A DNA stretch of 64,000 bases from Octopus bimaculoides (taxonomy: Eukaryota), in contig NC_068982.1 of NCBI RefSeq assembly GCF_001194135.2, positions 90,067,301 to 90,131,300 of the forward strand, read 5' to 3'. This document shows, piece after piece, positions 25,983 to 39,660 of this stretch. The notes below the pieces were generated by a model. The model was given only the letters and a program-made list of their open reading frames with translations, was not told the DNA's origin and searched no databases. Position 1 is the first letter of the stretch. Every line of letters starts with the position of its first letter. A program made the translations under genes and the position numbers.

Positions 25983-28900
25983 GGAAATACAAATGGAGTG
26001 TTCCCGTGTCTACCATGGATCCTTCCAGATTGTCAAGACGATGCTGTTGTGGTTTACACGAAATGCATCAGTGTTCAATGTTACACTGTTCATTGTTCTA
26101 AAGTTCACCATCTTGTACATGTGAAAGGCAGACATATTTAGTTAGTTAATTTTAGTCAAACCCGGATATATTTATTTGGGTCTAACATCCTCTTTATTGA
26201 GACAGTGTTGCAGAATAACTGAAAGTGCGCGGATTACCTCTTCAGATTAGAGTTTTTACCCAGTTTACTGAGGTTTCTTATCTTATGAGGAAACATAATT
26301 GATACAATCCCAACTAGATTACACAGCTGTCCACTTAGTGAAAGATATCAGTCCACATGGTTGTTGATGCGGTTATCTAACCCTAGGCCTGCTATGAATG
26401 AGCAAAAAGGAGGTCAAATGCATCCAACCATAATCAACTGGACGTTGGATTGGAAGATCGGGAGAAACGTTATGGCGTCAGATAAAATGTCATGCTGTAT
26501 TCCACTATACCCCTTTATGTTATGAGTTCAAACCATCAGTGGGTACATAAAATAAAGAACCAGACAAATATGAAATTTATTTTTTTCATACGAAGCATTC
26601 TTGATAGAATGAAATTACAATAAAAGATCCCCTCGGTTTGAGTATTATTTTACGTGGCCTACATTTTCAAGATGGGAAAATGTGATTTGAAAGTCATGTT
26701 GTTAATATTTCTAGCAGGTCAAGACTAGAGCACTATCAGTGACTCGTCCAACCCACTATTGAATATATAACTATAAAAGATATCGTGTCGACTTTCTTAC
26801 TAACAACACTAATAATCTCGAGAAAGGCATGAAGTTGAAACTTCCTATCTTCTCTAGTAATAAATTAAGAGACCTTTGTGCCTTGAAAATAGACACCAAT
26901 ATGTGAGTACTATATTTATAAATTATGATTACTTCCATGAAATCTATATTATGTATAATGTATATATCTTTGACACACAAACAGCAGAATCACGGGGTGT
27001 CGTATGATTTATGATGTATTCGGTTGTACAGCAGAGAGACTCATTTTAGCTGGTAATGGAGTAACTTACAATAAATTCATAAGTATCATAGCAGTAGTCT
27101 TCCTTCGTTGGCATCTGTTTCATGTATTCATACAACGTATGTAGTATTGCATCTGTTCTTTTGTTGATATATGTAATAGTTGGCTGTCCTGTCTAATTCA
27201 TATTGTGCAACTAAATATAACTTGAAGGCAACATTTACAATTAACTGATGACCTATATAACTAGCGGGCGTTTTCTTTCTTTCATTAGTGGCAAATTTAT
27301 TAGACACAAACATATCAAGACATATTTGTTAAATCTATTTCTTGTTCTTCTATTGGTAATGATAATTGTGAATCTTAATCACTCCAAGGCGTTTATGTAC
27401 ATAATCAAACTTCGATATTCATTTCCTTTTCTTAAGTATAAATGTAATTTCTCCGCTAGAACCTTTACCTTACGTCGACCATTTCTATCAATCTCATATT
27501 CTGATTTCCGCCTATTTTTCATATTTGTTTTAACGAGCGCAGTTTGGGATTGAGTACTGAAGTAAACGAGTTCAGGTCTAACTGACACACAGTTAGGCAT
27601 GAACTCTAAGTCTCTAAGTTAAAATAGCAGTTAAGTTTATTTTATCTGTCCTTACGGATGTTTTATAAAATATATTGAGATCATTTTAGTCATATATATA
27701 TATATATATANNNNNNNNNNNNNNNNNNNNNNNNNNNNNNNNNNNNNNNNNNNNNNNNNNNNNNNNNNNNNNNNNNNNNNNNNNNNNNNNNTATATTATA
27801 TATAAGGAATATAAGGATGAGATCCAAGGAAGTAAGTGAACTTCAAGCAATCCGCAGATAATATATAAAAAACAGCTTTCAGGCTTTCAGTTACAATAGT
27901 CGTTTATTGGTACAAAGGTTGTGAATTTGTCCCGTATCGAAACACGATAAACTGAAAAGATTAGTCTATATTTCACGGTTGCAAATCAACGTTGCCGGGT
28001 TCCACGTATTTTGATTGAATCCTCTCCAAATGGCAATGTAAACTTCATATAATCAAGATATCCTTGGCCCGAAGAGTAGCCTGCGGTATACACCTCGCTT
28101 GGATAATTACTACTCCCGAGTTCCCACTCGCCATGAAACAAATGTACCCCGGCCGGAATTTATCTACTCCACTCATTAACTTTTGGTTGTTCTCTCTTTC
28201 AGTATCATCAACGCAGAAAACAATACTAATTACAATATTACTGGTCTTCAAGCATATTTATATGTTTTAAGTTTAAAGAGTCTTCTCCTAGAAGTGGAGG
28301 TTTTAAGCGGCTGCAGCTGATCTGCTCACCTGGCTAAAAATATCAAGTTATTCTAGGTCTTATGAACGATGGGGATAATAAATTTCTCCTACAAGGTATA
28401 GAAATACATGTTAATATACTAATGTTCTCCTTAATCATGGTGACAGCCTACACTTTAAAAAGGTCACCGTTTTTGTTCAGCTCACAATGCAAAAATACGT
28501 GATTAAAAACGAAGTCAGCATTCAGTCAATTCTATTTGTTTTAACTTGCCTTATTCACCTCATTCGTTACAGCACATGTCCTATCGAATTCAGGGAGGAA
28601 ATCTGTAAAGTTGCAATAGTTATGCTTTCACTAAATGGTACTTGTGACATAAGGTACACCTAACTCGGTTTAAGTTTACAACAAGTTTCTGTGTCATGTT
28701 GCAGTGAATTTACCCTTGATAAACTGGGTATTCTCTTTTGTCACTAATATATTGGCTCGCGATCAACTATCTGTAATTCAATCTATAACATCTATCTGTA
28801 ATTCAAACTATAACATCTCTGAACATCGATAAATCTACATGTTTTCTGAACGTATGTATAAGAGGTATCCATTAACACGTAAACGATTCTAATGTTTTAT

Positions 28901-29339
28901 AGATAAACTGTGCAGAAATTCACATATTCCCAAGGCATTCAGCTTATGAAAAGAGCTCGGCATTATTGTGCTACAAATAAACTGATCAATATTATTGTGT
29001 TATATGGATCCAGTAGCATTCTACAGTTAGATGACTTGGACCAATTGGCCATCAGATTCAGTGATTCATAGAAAAGGTCAACATTAGTTAACTCTTTAGC
29101 ATTGGAATTACATTGTCAAATGTGATGGTTATTGATTCACATTGTTTTGAATTGATTATTTATCACCTTTTAACTTCGAGATTTTGATACGATTGTTTAA
29201 TTTTAGAATAGTATTGTTGTGTAGGTGTGAAAGGTCAGATCTGGCCAGTCTGAACAAAAAGCAGGTAGAACGTTTGAGCCTGATAACTGGCACTCTTTCG
29301 GTTACAATGACGAGGGTTCAAGTTGATTTCATCAACAGA

Positions 29340-29590
29340 ACGTGATGTTAACGTAAAAATGGATAAGCACACCACAGACACGTGTACTCTTAACATAGTT
29401 CTCAGAGAGGTTTAGCGTGACACAGAGTCTGAGAAGGCCGACCCATTGAAATACAAGTACTACACATTTTGCCACCTGAGTGAACAGAGGAAGCGTGAAG
29501 TAAAGTGTCTTGCCCAAAGATACCACTTGCTGCGGGAATCGAACTCCCGGCCTTACAATCGTTCGCCGAATGCCCTAACCACTAAGCTTT
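29340..29590 (-). mobile_element. tRNA-derived SINE
   Basis: Minus-strand head 'gcttagtggttagggcattcgg...ggagttcgattccc' (A/B boxes); body 'gagaactatgttaagagtacacgtgtctgtgg' shared with 49600-50107. Confidence 0.8.
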
Positions 29591-30084
29591 GCAACTTCAA
29601 CGATATAGTCGGTTTAAATGCTAAAGGAATAAAGAATAGGAACAATTCAAATATCTACTCGCCACAAAACTATCAGCAATATTTATTACTCAAAATCTAC
29701 TTCAAGGAATTCTTTGCAGTCTTTTGTAGATACAAAGCAAGACTGAGGTTGTAACAAGGAACTAGGTAGTTGAATATTTTATTAATAAACACTGTGAATA
29801 TTACATCTGCTCTGACATGTAGTTAATCTTACTAGATTTCATTTTGTTATATAATGTTGTGTGTGTTTGTGTGTGTGTGTGTGCGTGTGTGTGTGATGAA
29901 AATGAGAACTGAAAGCGATTAATATTTAATAGAAATAGCAGCCTAGGCCAACAATATATAATTGTGATTACTGATCACAATACATCTGATCTGCTTAGCC
30001 TCTAAAAATACTAAGTGAAGCAGTATTTTATAAAAATTAGAAAAAGAAAATCAATCTAATTCTCCTGCTCTCGCTCTTTCTCTC

Positions 30085-30098
30085 TCCATCTACATACA

Positions 30099-30135
<37 letters not shown>

Positions 30136-30260
30136 ATATATATATATATAAATATATATATATACATATATATATATATTATGTATATGTATATGTATAT
30201 ATATATGTATATATATATATATACACATATATATAAGTGTGTGTATTATATATATATAGT
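30085..30260. repeat. (TACA)n/(TA)n microsatellite block
   Basis: Direct reading. Confidence 0.9.
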
Positions 30261-30262
30261 TC

Positions 30263-30411
30263 TCAGGCGCAGGAGTGACTGCGTGGTAAGTAGCTTGCAT
30301 ACCAAACACATGGTCCTGGGTTCAGTCCCACTGCGTGCTATAGCCTCGGGCCGACCAAAGCCTTGTGAGTGGATTTAGTAGACGGAAACTGAAAGAAGCC
30401 CGTTCTATATG

Positions 30412-30455
<44 letters not shown>

Positions 30456-30603
30456 GATATGCGTGTGTATGTGTGTGTGTGTGTATGTTTTTATGCCTGT
30501 GTCTGTTTCCCCAATATCGCTTCACAACCGATGCTGGTGTGTTTACGTCCCCGTAAATTAGCGGTTCGGCAAAAGAGACCGATAGAATAAGTACTAGGCT
30601 TTC
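30263..30603 (+). mobile_element. Abundant tRNA-headed SINE with internal (TA)/(TG) tract
   Basis: ggcgcaggagtgactgcgtggtaag...gggttcagtcccactgcgtg...gaccaaagccttgtgagtggattt...gtttacgtccccgtaaattagcggttcggcaaaagagaccgatagaataagtac; same family at 39220, 45724, 46370, 47585, 50600. Confidence 0.85.
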
Positions 30604-31485
30604 AAAGTTAACGATCAGGAGGTCAAACACCATAACTACTCAGTCAAACACTTTTGCTGAAGTATGTCGTCAAATGTAAATCTAATTTTTGTAGTTTCAT
30701 TAAATTGTACAAAACGCCTATGCTAAAACAGCATGACGTTAGAAATCTTCCAATATATGTAAACATACAATGTTCTCTAAGAAACATCAACATTTTGCGT
30801 ACAGCTGCTAAAACGCAAATAGATAGAGGTGAATACTTTTAAGACAGAATTGATTATCTTTATGGCGGTAACATCTTACGAATTTAATCCTTTTATTCAA
30901 TCTTTAAATATCTATTTCACTTGTTTCAATAGTTGGACTGCGACAATGTTGTGGGCACCTTGAAGGTTTTAGAAAAAAAAATGACCTCAGCACTTACTTT
31001 TAAGTATATTACTTATTCTATCAGTTACTTTTGCTGATACACTATGTTACGGCAACGTAAACAAACCAACATCGGTTGTCATGTGGTTGGGGGCCAGTAT
31101 AAACACAAAAACACACTTATGCGCATATACATACATATGGCCGAGGAGTTAGAACTTTACACTCACGATTGCAAATCGTGGTTTCGAATCCCCAGACCGA
31201 TGGTATGTCGTGTTCTTGAGCAAAACACTTAATTTAACGCTGCTCCAGTCTTTTCAGCCGTAAATGGGTTGCCCTACGACAGTTTGCTGTTCCGTCGAGG
31301 GAGAAAATTGGTCTGCCTGCCTAGTCAGTCAGATAGAATCATTAGGCGAAAGCTAAAACAATGCGAAGACCACTAGCATTGGGACCACTAGCGTATAACC
31401 ACATCCCATAGTCTGGTTGATATAGTGGTACATATACAACGGGATTCCACAATTTCCGTCCACCAAATTCACTCACTGTCTCATG

Positions 31486-32770
31486 CTGTGGTTCTCAACT
31501 GGGGGCGAAAATCAAATTTTTGGGGGCGATGAATGCAGTCTTCGCTCGGCGACTGTACACACAACAGGCAATCATGCATCCAGTGCATTATGACAACAAG
31601 GGATCTTCTCAATGACTGCGGTCAAGCCGTAAAACAAACTTTTTTCTTAATTCAAATACAGTAACTATGCGCCTCAATAAGTGCGTTGTCTTCTAGGATT
31701 TATTTCATCGATTTATAAGGACTCATTCAACACTAAATTTCTTACCCTTGTTGCTATGACACTGGTCGCCGAGCTGCGTGATTCATTAAATACACGGTAC
31801 CCGCCTGAATTTGACGTTCTCTCTCTTAACCGTAGGACGTAGATGTAATGGTCAGTTTAGAGTTTACTAATTTGCATTCGTTTTCACCCACTCTTTATGG
31901 CAGGTTCGGCGGAAAAGAAGTGTCGACAGTATATCAATGAGTACTGACAATATGGTTTTATCAAGAACTCTACAGACTCAAAGCAGCCCTTTTGTCTCAT
32001 GTGTCATCAAAATTGCAGAAATTATTGCAAAAACAGGTAGTGCACATACGGTAGCTAAAAAGACTATTGTGCCTGCAGTATAAGCAGTAATGTCAGAAGT
32101 TATGAATCAAGATCCTTCATTTATCATTAAAGCTCTACCTTTGAGTAATAATTATATCCGTAGGAGAATTGATGAAATGTCAGGTCATATCGAAGACATA
32201 CTAATTCAAAGTTTGAAAACAACGAATTTTTCTATTGAAATCGACGTAAGCACAGTTATTGACAATAAGGTCCTTTTAATGGGATATATACGATATTTTA
32301 ATACAAACTGTGAATTACAAGGAGATTTATTATTTCTAAAACTGTTGGAGACTGACACAACGAGCGCCTCTATCTTTTCTGCTGTGAAAACGGTTTTCGA
32401 AGAAAAAGAAATTTCATATTATGAATATTTAGTTTCATGTGCTACTGATGGTGCAATGTCTATGGTTGGGTGACACAAAGGATCTATCTCTCATTTAAAA
32501 ATGTTGTGCCCCGAGATTCTTGTTATATACTGTGTGCTACACAGTCATAACCACGTAGCCAAAAATATAAGCCATATTCTAAATCAGTTATTGAACACTG
32601 TTATAAAAAGAATAAACAAAATTAAATCTAACAGTAAATGTGACCATCTTTTTCGAAAATTGTGTGTCGATGCTAACGAACAATAACATAGGACTTCTTT
32701 TGCATACCGATGTCCGTTGGCTATCTAAAGGCAACTTCTTGGAAAGATTTGTAAACTTATTTAATAAAAC
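31486..32770 (+). mobile_element. hAT (Buster/Charlie/SPIN-like) element 5' part with truncated transposase
   Basis: Terminus 'ctgtggttctcaactggggg' resembles Charlie CAGTGGTTC..AAC; frame LPLSNNYIRRRIDEMS...FSIEIDVST...SCATDGAMSMVG*...YCVLHSHNHVAK...HTDVRWLSKGNFLERF with stops. Confidence 0.9.
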
Positions 32771-33999
32771 GGCTGAAGTCAACTGTCAAAGTCTAGAGAT
32801 AATTTCAATAAACTAAGAATTCATTTTTCCAAATTAATTGACATGTTTCGATGAAAATCATATGTTAATTTGCGAGTAACGGTTAAATGTGAATATGTTT
32901 CAGCATGAATGAACTTCATCAGTGGAGTATGGTCGATTGAAGCCTGCTTTGGACAGTTGAAACAGAAAAAGGAATACAAATTATGTTTGAATGGTAATAA
33001 TGAAACAACATTAAATTTATGCTATTAGCTAACTTGAGTTATTTCCCTTAGTACAATTCTGTAATTATGCAAATTATACTAAGCGAAAATTACTCGCAAT
33101 TGTTTGTGTTTTATTCTAATTTTGTTTTATTCTTTTTTATTATAAAATTAAGAGTGGAGTTTTGCATGTCGTTATTTCAACCATGATCGTACATACTTAT
33201 CAGTCATTACTATCTCCCTCCCACCTCTCTCTCTTGTATATACAGATAACAACGCCAGATATGTTCTTTCTATTTTAAGACGGAAGGTTGTACCATTTCG
33301 GGATGAATTTGGTTGCTATCTCTAGGTGATTGAACGTCCAGAAACAAGTTTCTCTCATTGCTTCACTCGTCATGAGTGTGCTTTGTGCTACTGGTTAATC
33401 AATATTCATTCGTCTAGAATTGTACTGAACGCCTTATATTCTAGGTATGACCTTTCACTTAGTCCCCCTCTCTCTACCCCCCCATTTATTTTCCCCTGTC
33501 ATTTGACATTACCACCTTACCACGCTTAAAGCTTTCATTCTCTTTATTTACCTCCCCACATTTTTAACTCTTTCTTTTACTTCACAACCAACTCACAACT
33601 CAATACTCAGCTCTTCCTTCTTCACTCTCCATTTAACGGCCATCTCTTAACGAAAAATATTTATATTAATCATTTAGTATGTACGCATTCCTTGTCTCTA
33701 ACTATATTTTCATCCTGTTTTCCTCTACCCAATTTGATTTGAACATCTCTATCACCTTTCCGCTTTGAGACACTGGCGCCTCCTACCTTCCCTCTTTAGT
33801 TTTTTCTCTCCTCCTCACCTTAACACAATATATCGCCTTCACTTCGTTCCTTTCCTTTTACAAGCTTTCAACAGCCAAAACAATACTGCTTTCTCATCCT
33901 CCTTCGCAAAATTAAAGCTTTAATACTTCAGAATGGTTGAACACACGAAAAACATCTTCACGTGTAAAAACCACCTGTACAGAACATATTCATACACAT

Positions 34000-34410
34000 C
34001 GTAGTGTAATATGAACAAAAGTAGTGTGGTTATCATATCTTACTTCTAGAAGAGTTCTCCTTAAAGCAACTTATTAGCGTGTGCTGATAATTTCGACTTA
34101 ATAGTCATCACCAGAAAACCACGAGCATGTTCTGCGCTTCTAGATGATTTACAGAACACTGGAATCGAAAACAAAGCATCAGTTTTGATCCACGGGTTTA
34201 TGCTCGAAAACTAGTTTCAAGATTCTTAAACCTGACACATATAGAACCTATACCATTCTTAAGAATGCAAGAAGCATACCAGCCTGTGCTACAATATTGG
34301 GTACTTGATCTGTATATTGGAACAATCATGTTTAGCTTAGCTCACAGTGTTTGAGTTGTTCATGATTGAGGAGACCAGATCAAGTCGAAACATCTTGTCT
34401 AGATATCCAC
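34000..34410 (+). mobile_element. Possible Penelope-like element 3' end with hammerhead-like motif
   Basis: Weak GIY-YIG-like start (MNKSSVV.HI) and motif TTGAGGA-GAC-N8-GTC-GAAAC-N5-GTC at 34366-34399. Confidence 0.45.
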
Positions 34411-37199
34411 CGGCGTTCTTTCCGATGTTTCTCTGAGAGCCCTATTATAGCTAATGCCATTCCATGTTTGTATACACATTATAAATGTTATATGCAGTGG
34501 TGTTTTAATATAAAGCGCTTTCTAGTGGATATATCAAAACAGAAATACTTTTTATTGTGAATTGAATTATTTCTTTATTGAAAGGAGCTTCATTTGCTTC
34601 ACAACAACGAACATGATTTACCTTAAAGGGGGAAATACCATTAATAATGAGAAGTAACAGTCATTATAATGAAGTAAGGTGATAGTAAGTATTGAAGGAC
34701 GGCTAAGGAATAAAGTAGAGAAGTTCAGTGTTGGCGGATAACAGGAAGATATTCTTTTAAGTTTCAACCAATGAAATAATTTTCTCGTGAACTGAGCAAT
34801 TTTCAGTGACAACATTTATTTCCTCGTGTAACATGAAGTAAAATAAAAGGCATCTCATCATACTGCAAATGCTAAGAGAGAAAAGTTTAAAATTCTATTC
34901 GTAATATGGCAGTCTTTAAGTGTAGAACTACAGATCCTAAAAGTTCCAGCAGTAAACGAATCTAAAGCACAGAAACATCTATACTGTATGCGTGTGTGGG
35001 GGTGTTTGGGTGTATACGAGGGACTTAAATAAGTACAACAAGAGAGCCTCTGGAAGTTAGATATCGTAATCATGTTAGAACTCTTGGCATTTAAGGAGAC
35101 AACAAGATTAGAAAGACCACAATATTTATCTAGCAAAATGCTATTATGTAACCGAGTTTTCATTGTGGCAAGAGAATCGCATTCAAACGATAATAACATT
35201 AAGGACGTCATAGATATATTGCGTAAAGATCTCAATCTTGTGCAACTTTCTAAACTGTAATCTAAGTTTGCATAGTTCTTACGATGCTGATTTCAGCCAC
35301 CTAGTTTTTATCAAACTTTACTTAAATTTTCTTTTTATCGATAAGCTGTAAAAAGCATCAGCAAATTCTTGTTTGGATACTGTAAATATCACGTCATAAA
35401 TATATATCTTTTCGAAATCGTTTTGAAATCGTTTTAAAGGAGATTCTGATGACCTTTGCCAACAACTAACATATATTCCATGTATTATCTTTCCACCAAA
35501 TTACAAATAAGAATGTTGAATCAAAATGGAAATATTTATGCTGTTGATTGCAGAAAGGCTGCAAATAAAAAGAAATGAATTTTGAATGACAAAAGATATG
35601 CGTGAATAGAGACATGCTGCAGGCGCCATTTTAATTGAAAGGAAAATACTAGAGGAATAATTGACAATAATTTTCAACAATACGTCAGAGACGTGAAGAT
35701 TTCCCTTTAGATAACCGGATTTTCTCCAGAATATACCTAATGTATACACAGATGGCCTCGGCAAATCTAAAGAGCAATGTTTATAATTTACACTACACTT
35801 TTATAAACTATTACTGTATACAATACTTTCTAATTTATAACAAATATAAACTATTATACTCTATACCAGCATCATTTTGACTCATTCACTTGTTGCTAGG
35901 GCATTTATAATTGGGATGAACGTCATATCTACAGCTTCATGACTTTATAAGTACAATCATATACACTAGTTTTAATAATAACTGAGAAATCTGTGAACGT
36001 CAGAATCATTTTATTTCAAGTCTCCTAATAGTCTGAGGTTTATATCAGAAGGTTTATACGCTGTTTATATTATCTGTCATAAAGGTGTCTTGTAAATTCA
36101 GTGGATTGAAATGGAATCAGCTGTAAACACGAAGTTAGTCTATATGAATCAAATTTCGAAATAGTATCGTGGCGAATAGAGATTTAAGCGTTCTACTCAT
36201 AGACTTTGGAGGATTTAAGAGTGAGTTACTCTTGAGTAGAACGTCTAGCGCTGACTTCCTATACTATTTACCAGTCATTAAATTTACAATCCATCCGTTC
36301 AATGAGTTATAAAAAAAAGTGTATTGAATAAAAACTCTTGTATTCCTATACAAAATTCAGTCTATTAGGAGTGAAATAATGTTTACAGAATTCAAACATA
36401 TTTACTTAGCTGAAAGAATATTTGCTACTATATATGACTGGTAAAATTCAGGATACGACGGTCATGCCAATTATGGTTACAACTCTACTATATAAATTAG
36501 TACAGTTTACAATATCTTACACTTGTCATAAAGTAGAACAATGCTTCTTAATGTGAATGACACCGCCTTATGGAGGGTGTGCAAGAATTTTATGAGGGTA
36601 TACAGGACAAAGTGGTGATAAGAGTTACATGTACAAAATTTTTAGTTTTTAGGCTTTGGCTCCAATTTAAATGTTAGCTAGAAAAGAATATTTTCAAAGT
36701 AACATAACCTGTTTTTTTAACAACAATCACAATAGTAATTACAACATCAACAATATTAACATTGACTTCGAAATAAATCAAGACTTGATATATACCACCA
36801 GTGCTTGAAAATTATTCGCTTTTAGTAGAGTGCTGCTGTGGTAAGCAGTCAACCATGTCAAACCCAGAACCAAATTACTCTGACCTGATGTTGCATGTAC
36901 GTAGATTATAAACGCGGCTGAATGAATAGTAGTAAAGGAAAGTTGAAGAATTGTTAGTAAAATAAAAGGTGATAACTACAAAAACAAGTTTAAGAAGCAC
37001 TGAGCTTGATAGTATTGAAACCTTGTTTACAGAATATTTGTAATTGTGAATATTCTTTGTGATGCTGAAATATCACACTTAAGATCATGTTTTTTTGCGA
37101 TGTATCGTCATAGAAGCATTGCCACGAAAGATATGAACTGTCAGATTATCACAGTTTCTTCATACTATCTGAAGGAACATCTTGTCTCTAACCAATGCA

Positions 37200-37425
37200 C
37201 ATATACATGCATACATACATACATACATACATACGTAAATACGTACGTATGCACGCTCGTTCGTATACACGTACTACCACACAGACACACACACCCAGGC
37301 GCATACATAGAAGCACACACACAGGCACATGCATAGAAACACACACACACACACACAGGCACATGCATAGAAACACACACATACACACACAGGCACATGC
37401 ATAGAAACACACACACACACACACA
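37200..37425. repeat. (TACA)/(CA) microsatellite with three ~32-bp 'acaggcacatgcatagaaac(ac)n' units
   Basis: Direct reading. Confidence 0.85.
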
Positions 37426-39219
37426 TAATATACATTGTTTGTTTATTCAGAGAAATAAGATAAGCACCTGCGATATTTTGCAGAGCCATCCAAGTTTGGT
37501 GAGATGAAAGCACTTCCCCGCAACTGCAGATCTGACCGAATCCTTCCACGACGCTGGCGACAAGCCGAATGATCGATTTATCCAACGGTTTATCGAACGG
37601 GAAACTAAAAGGTTTCCGACGTCGAACTTTCACTCACAAAGCTTTGGTCAACTGGAGGCTAAAATAGGAAAACAAAATTGCTGAATATACTGCGTTATGG
37701 AATTGAAATCCAAGACCATGCAACAGCGAAGTTAATCAACCAAGCCAATCATCTACTTAATATTCTGTTCTTCCAGTCATCCCAACTCGATTACATCGAC
37801 CCACTACTTATTCCAATCTGATAATTACTTTATCATCCTATGTTTATTGAACTGCTAGAAACGAGTCATAAAAATAAAATAGAGCATTAACAAATATACC
37901 GTTTCTAGATGTAAAGAGGAAGTCTGTCATACGCATACGCACACACATGTACACACACAGACATAATATTTATGTGTACGATGTCTTCTTCACAGTTTCC
38001 GTCTATCAAGTTTCACCAAGGTATTTATTACACAATCAGTCACTAAAGTCGGAAGGGGTTTAATCCGGAATGACTTGTGAAGTAAACTTCTTAATCACAC
38101 ATCTTTGTGTTAGTTTATATCGAAAATGTAACGGTTTCTTCTGTTCTATAAAGTGCGATATAAATTACTAGTATTTTCTCCCATTAAAATGTCAAAATTT
38201 TCAGTAAACTCGTTACAAAATTTCGATTTTCCCTTATGTGCATCTGTGTTTGGGCAGTTTAATATGTACTCTGTTTCCATTCAGCATCTTTTGGGAAGAT
38301 ATCCAACTTAGGGAACAATGATTGAATGCAATAATATTTGTTTAGTTTATTGTTAGCATTGATATCATTAGATCGTACGCTAAAATTTGCTTGAGAGAAC
38401 AGTTGTTTAGACCCTGGCAAAGAGGTTATGTACTCCCGAGGAATAACCAACAATGTGATCGCTCGAACAGGCTTGAAATAGTTGCTCATTCTTACACCAG
38501 TGCACCGCAGCAATCTTAAGAATGTAGACTACGTTAGATAACTGTAGTGAGTCCTAGATGCATTTTGTCACAGTAAAATATGTAAACCTCCTGATTAGAA
38601 CATTTTTGATCATAGGTGTGCACAAACATGGTTAACCTTGTGGATAAATAACAGCAGCATCGCTCTTTGACACTCACAAGAACGCAATACCTGTAATACA
38701 CCATCCAACGACTAAGGTTCTGAAGCCATTATTTATATGTAGAAATTGTGAGTTTTTACTGGAAAGAGAAGACACTGTGATATCTACATTTCTTTTTAGT
38801 GAAGGAAACTACACTCACTGGAGGAGATGAGGTCATTGGTACAAGTCAGTGAAATAACTCTAAATACATCAAAGAAGAATGTGGTATTCTACTTGTTAGA
38901 GATAACAACTAGATCTGCCTCAAACCTTACGCGCCTTTAAAATGTAGCACATATTAAGCAATGTATTCACTGATATAAAAAGGCGTAACAGCCATGATGA
39001 AATGTGCTTTTACATAAGGAATGCACTCAGGTTAAATATTAGCAATAACAACAAAATTATATGCCGTGGAACATTTACCTCTTTTCAGAGGAAGGGCATG
39101 AAGCAAGGATTTTGCAGAATCTTCCTGACAGGTGACGTTGATGCCTGATCAAAATTTTGCATTATTTTCACTCGGTTTGGTGCTTGAGAAATTTCTGGAC
39201 GGACATTGATATGTTGCTA

Positions 39220-39660
39220 AGAAGCTCCCTTTTGAAACCACGTGATTTCTAGTTCAGACCCCCTGCGTGGCACCTGGGGCAAGTGTCTTGTTATAGCCAA
39301 TAGTGACTTGTGAGTGAATTTGTTAAATGGGTATACACATTTCTGTCTTTGTCTTTGTGATTGTCACCACATTATCGTTGGTTTGTTTATGTCCTCGGTA
39401 CTTGGAGACCGATTAAATAAATACTTAACACTTAAAGCGTTTCCCAACATGGCAACAGTCCAATGACTGATACATATCTGCAGTAAGTCGTCGCGACTAT
39501 GACTGTTCATAACGGTATGCGCGTGTGTGTGTGTGTGTGTGTGTGTACATGTCTCACCACCAAGATTTGGCAACTGGTATTGCTTGTTTACGGTCTGCGT
39601 AAGCTAGCAGTTCAGCAAAAGACACCGATGGAATAAGTACCAATGACTAAAACAGCTAAG
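39220..39660 (+). mobile_element. Degenerate tRNA-headed SINE copies
   Basis: 'gttcagaccccctgcgtggcacctggggcaagtgtctt...ttgtgagtgaattt' and 'gcagttcagcaaaagacaccgatggaataagtac'. Confidence 0.7.
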
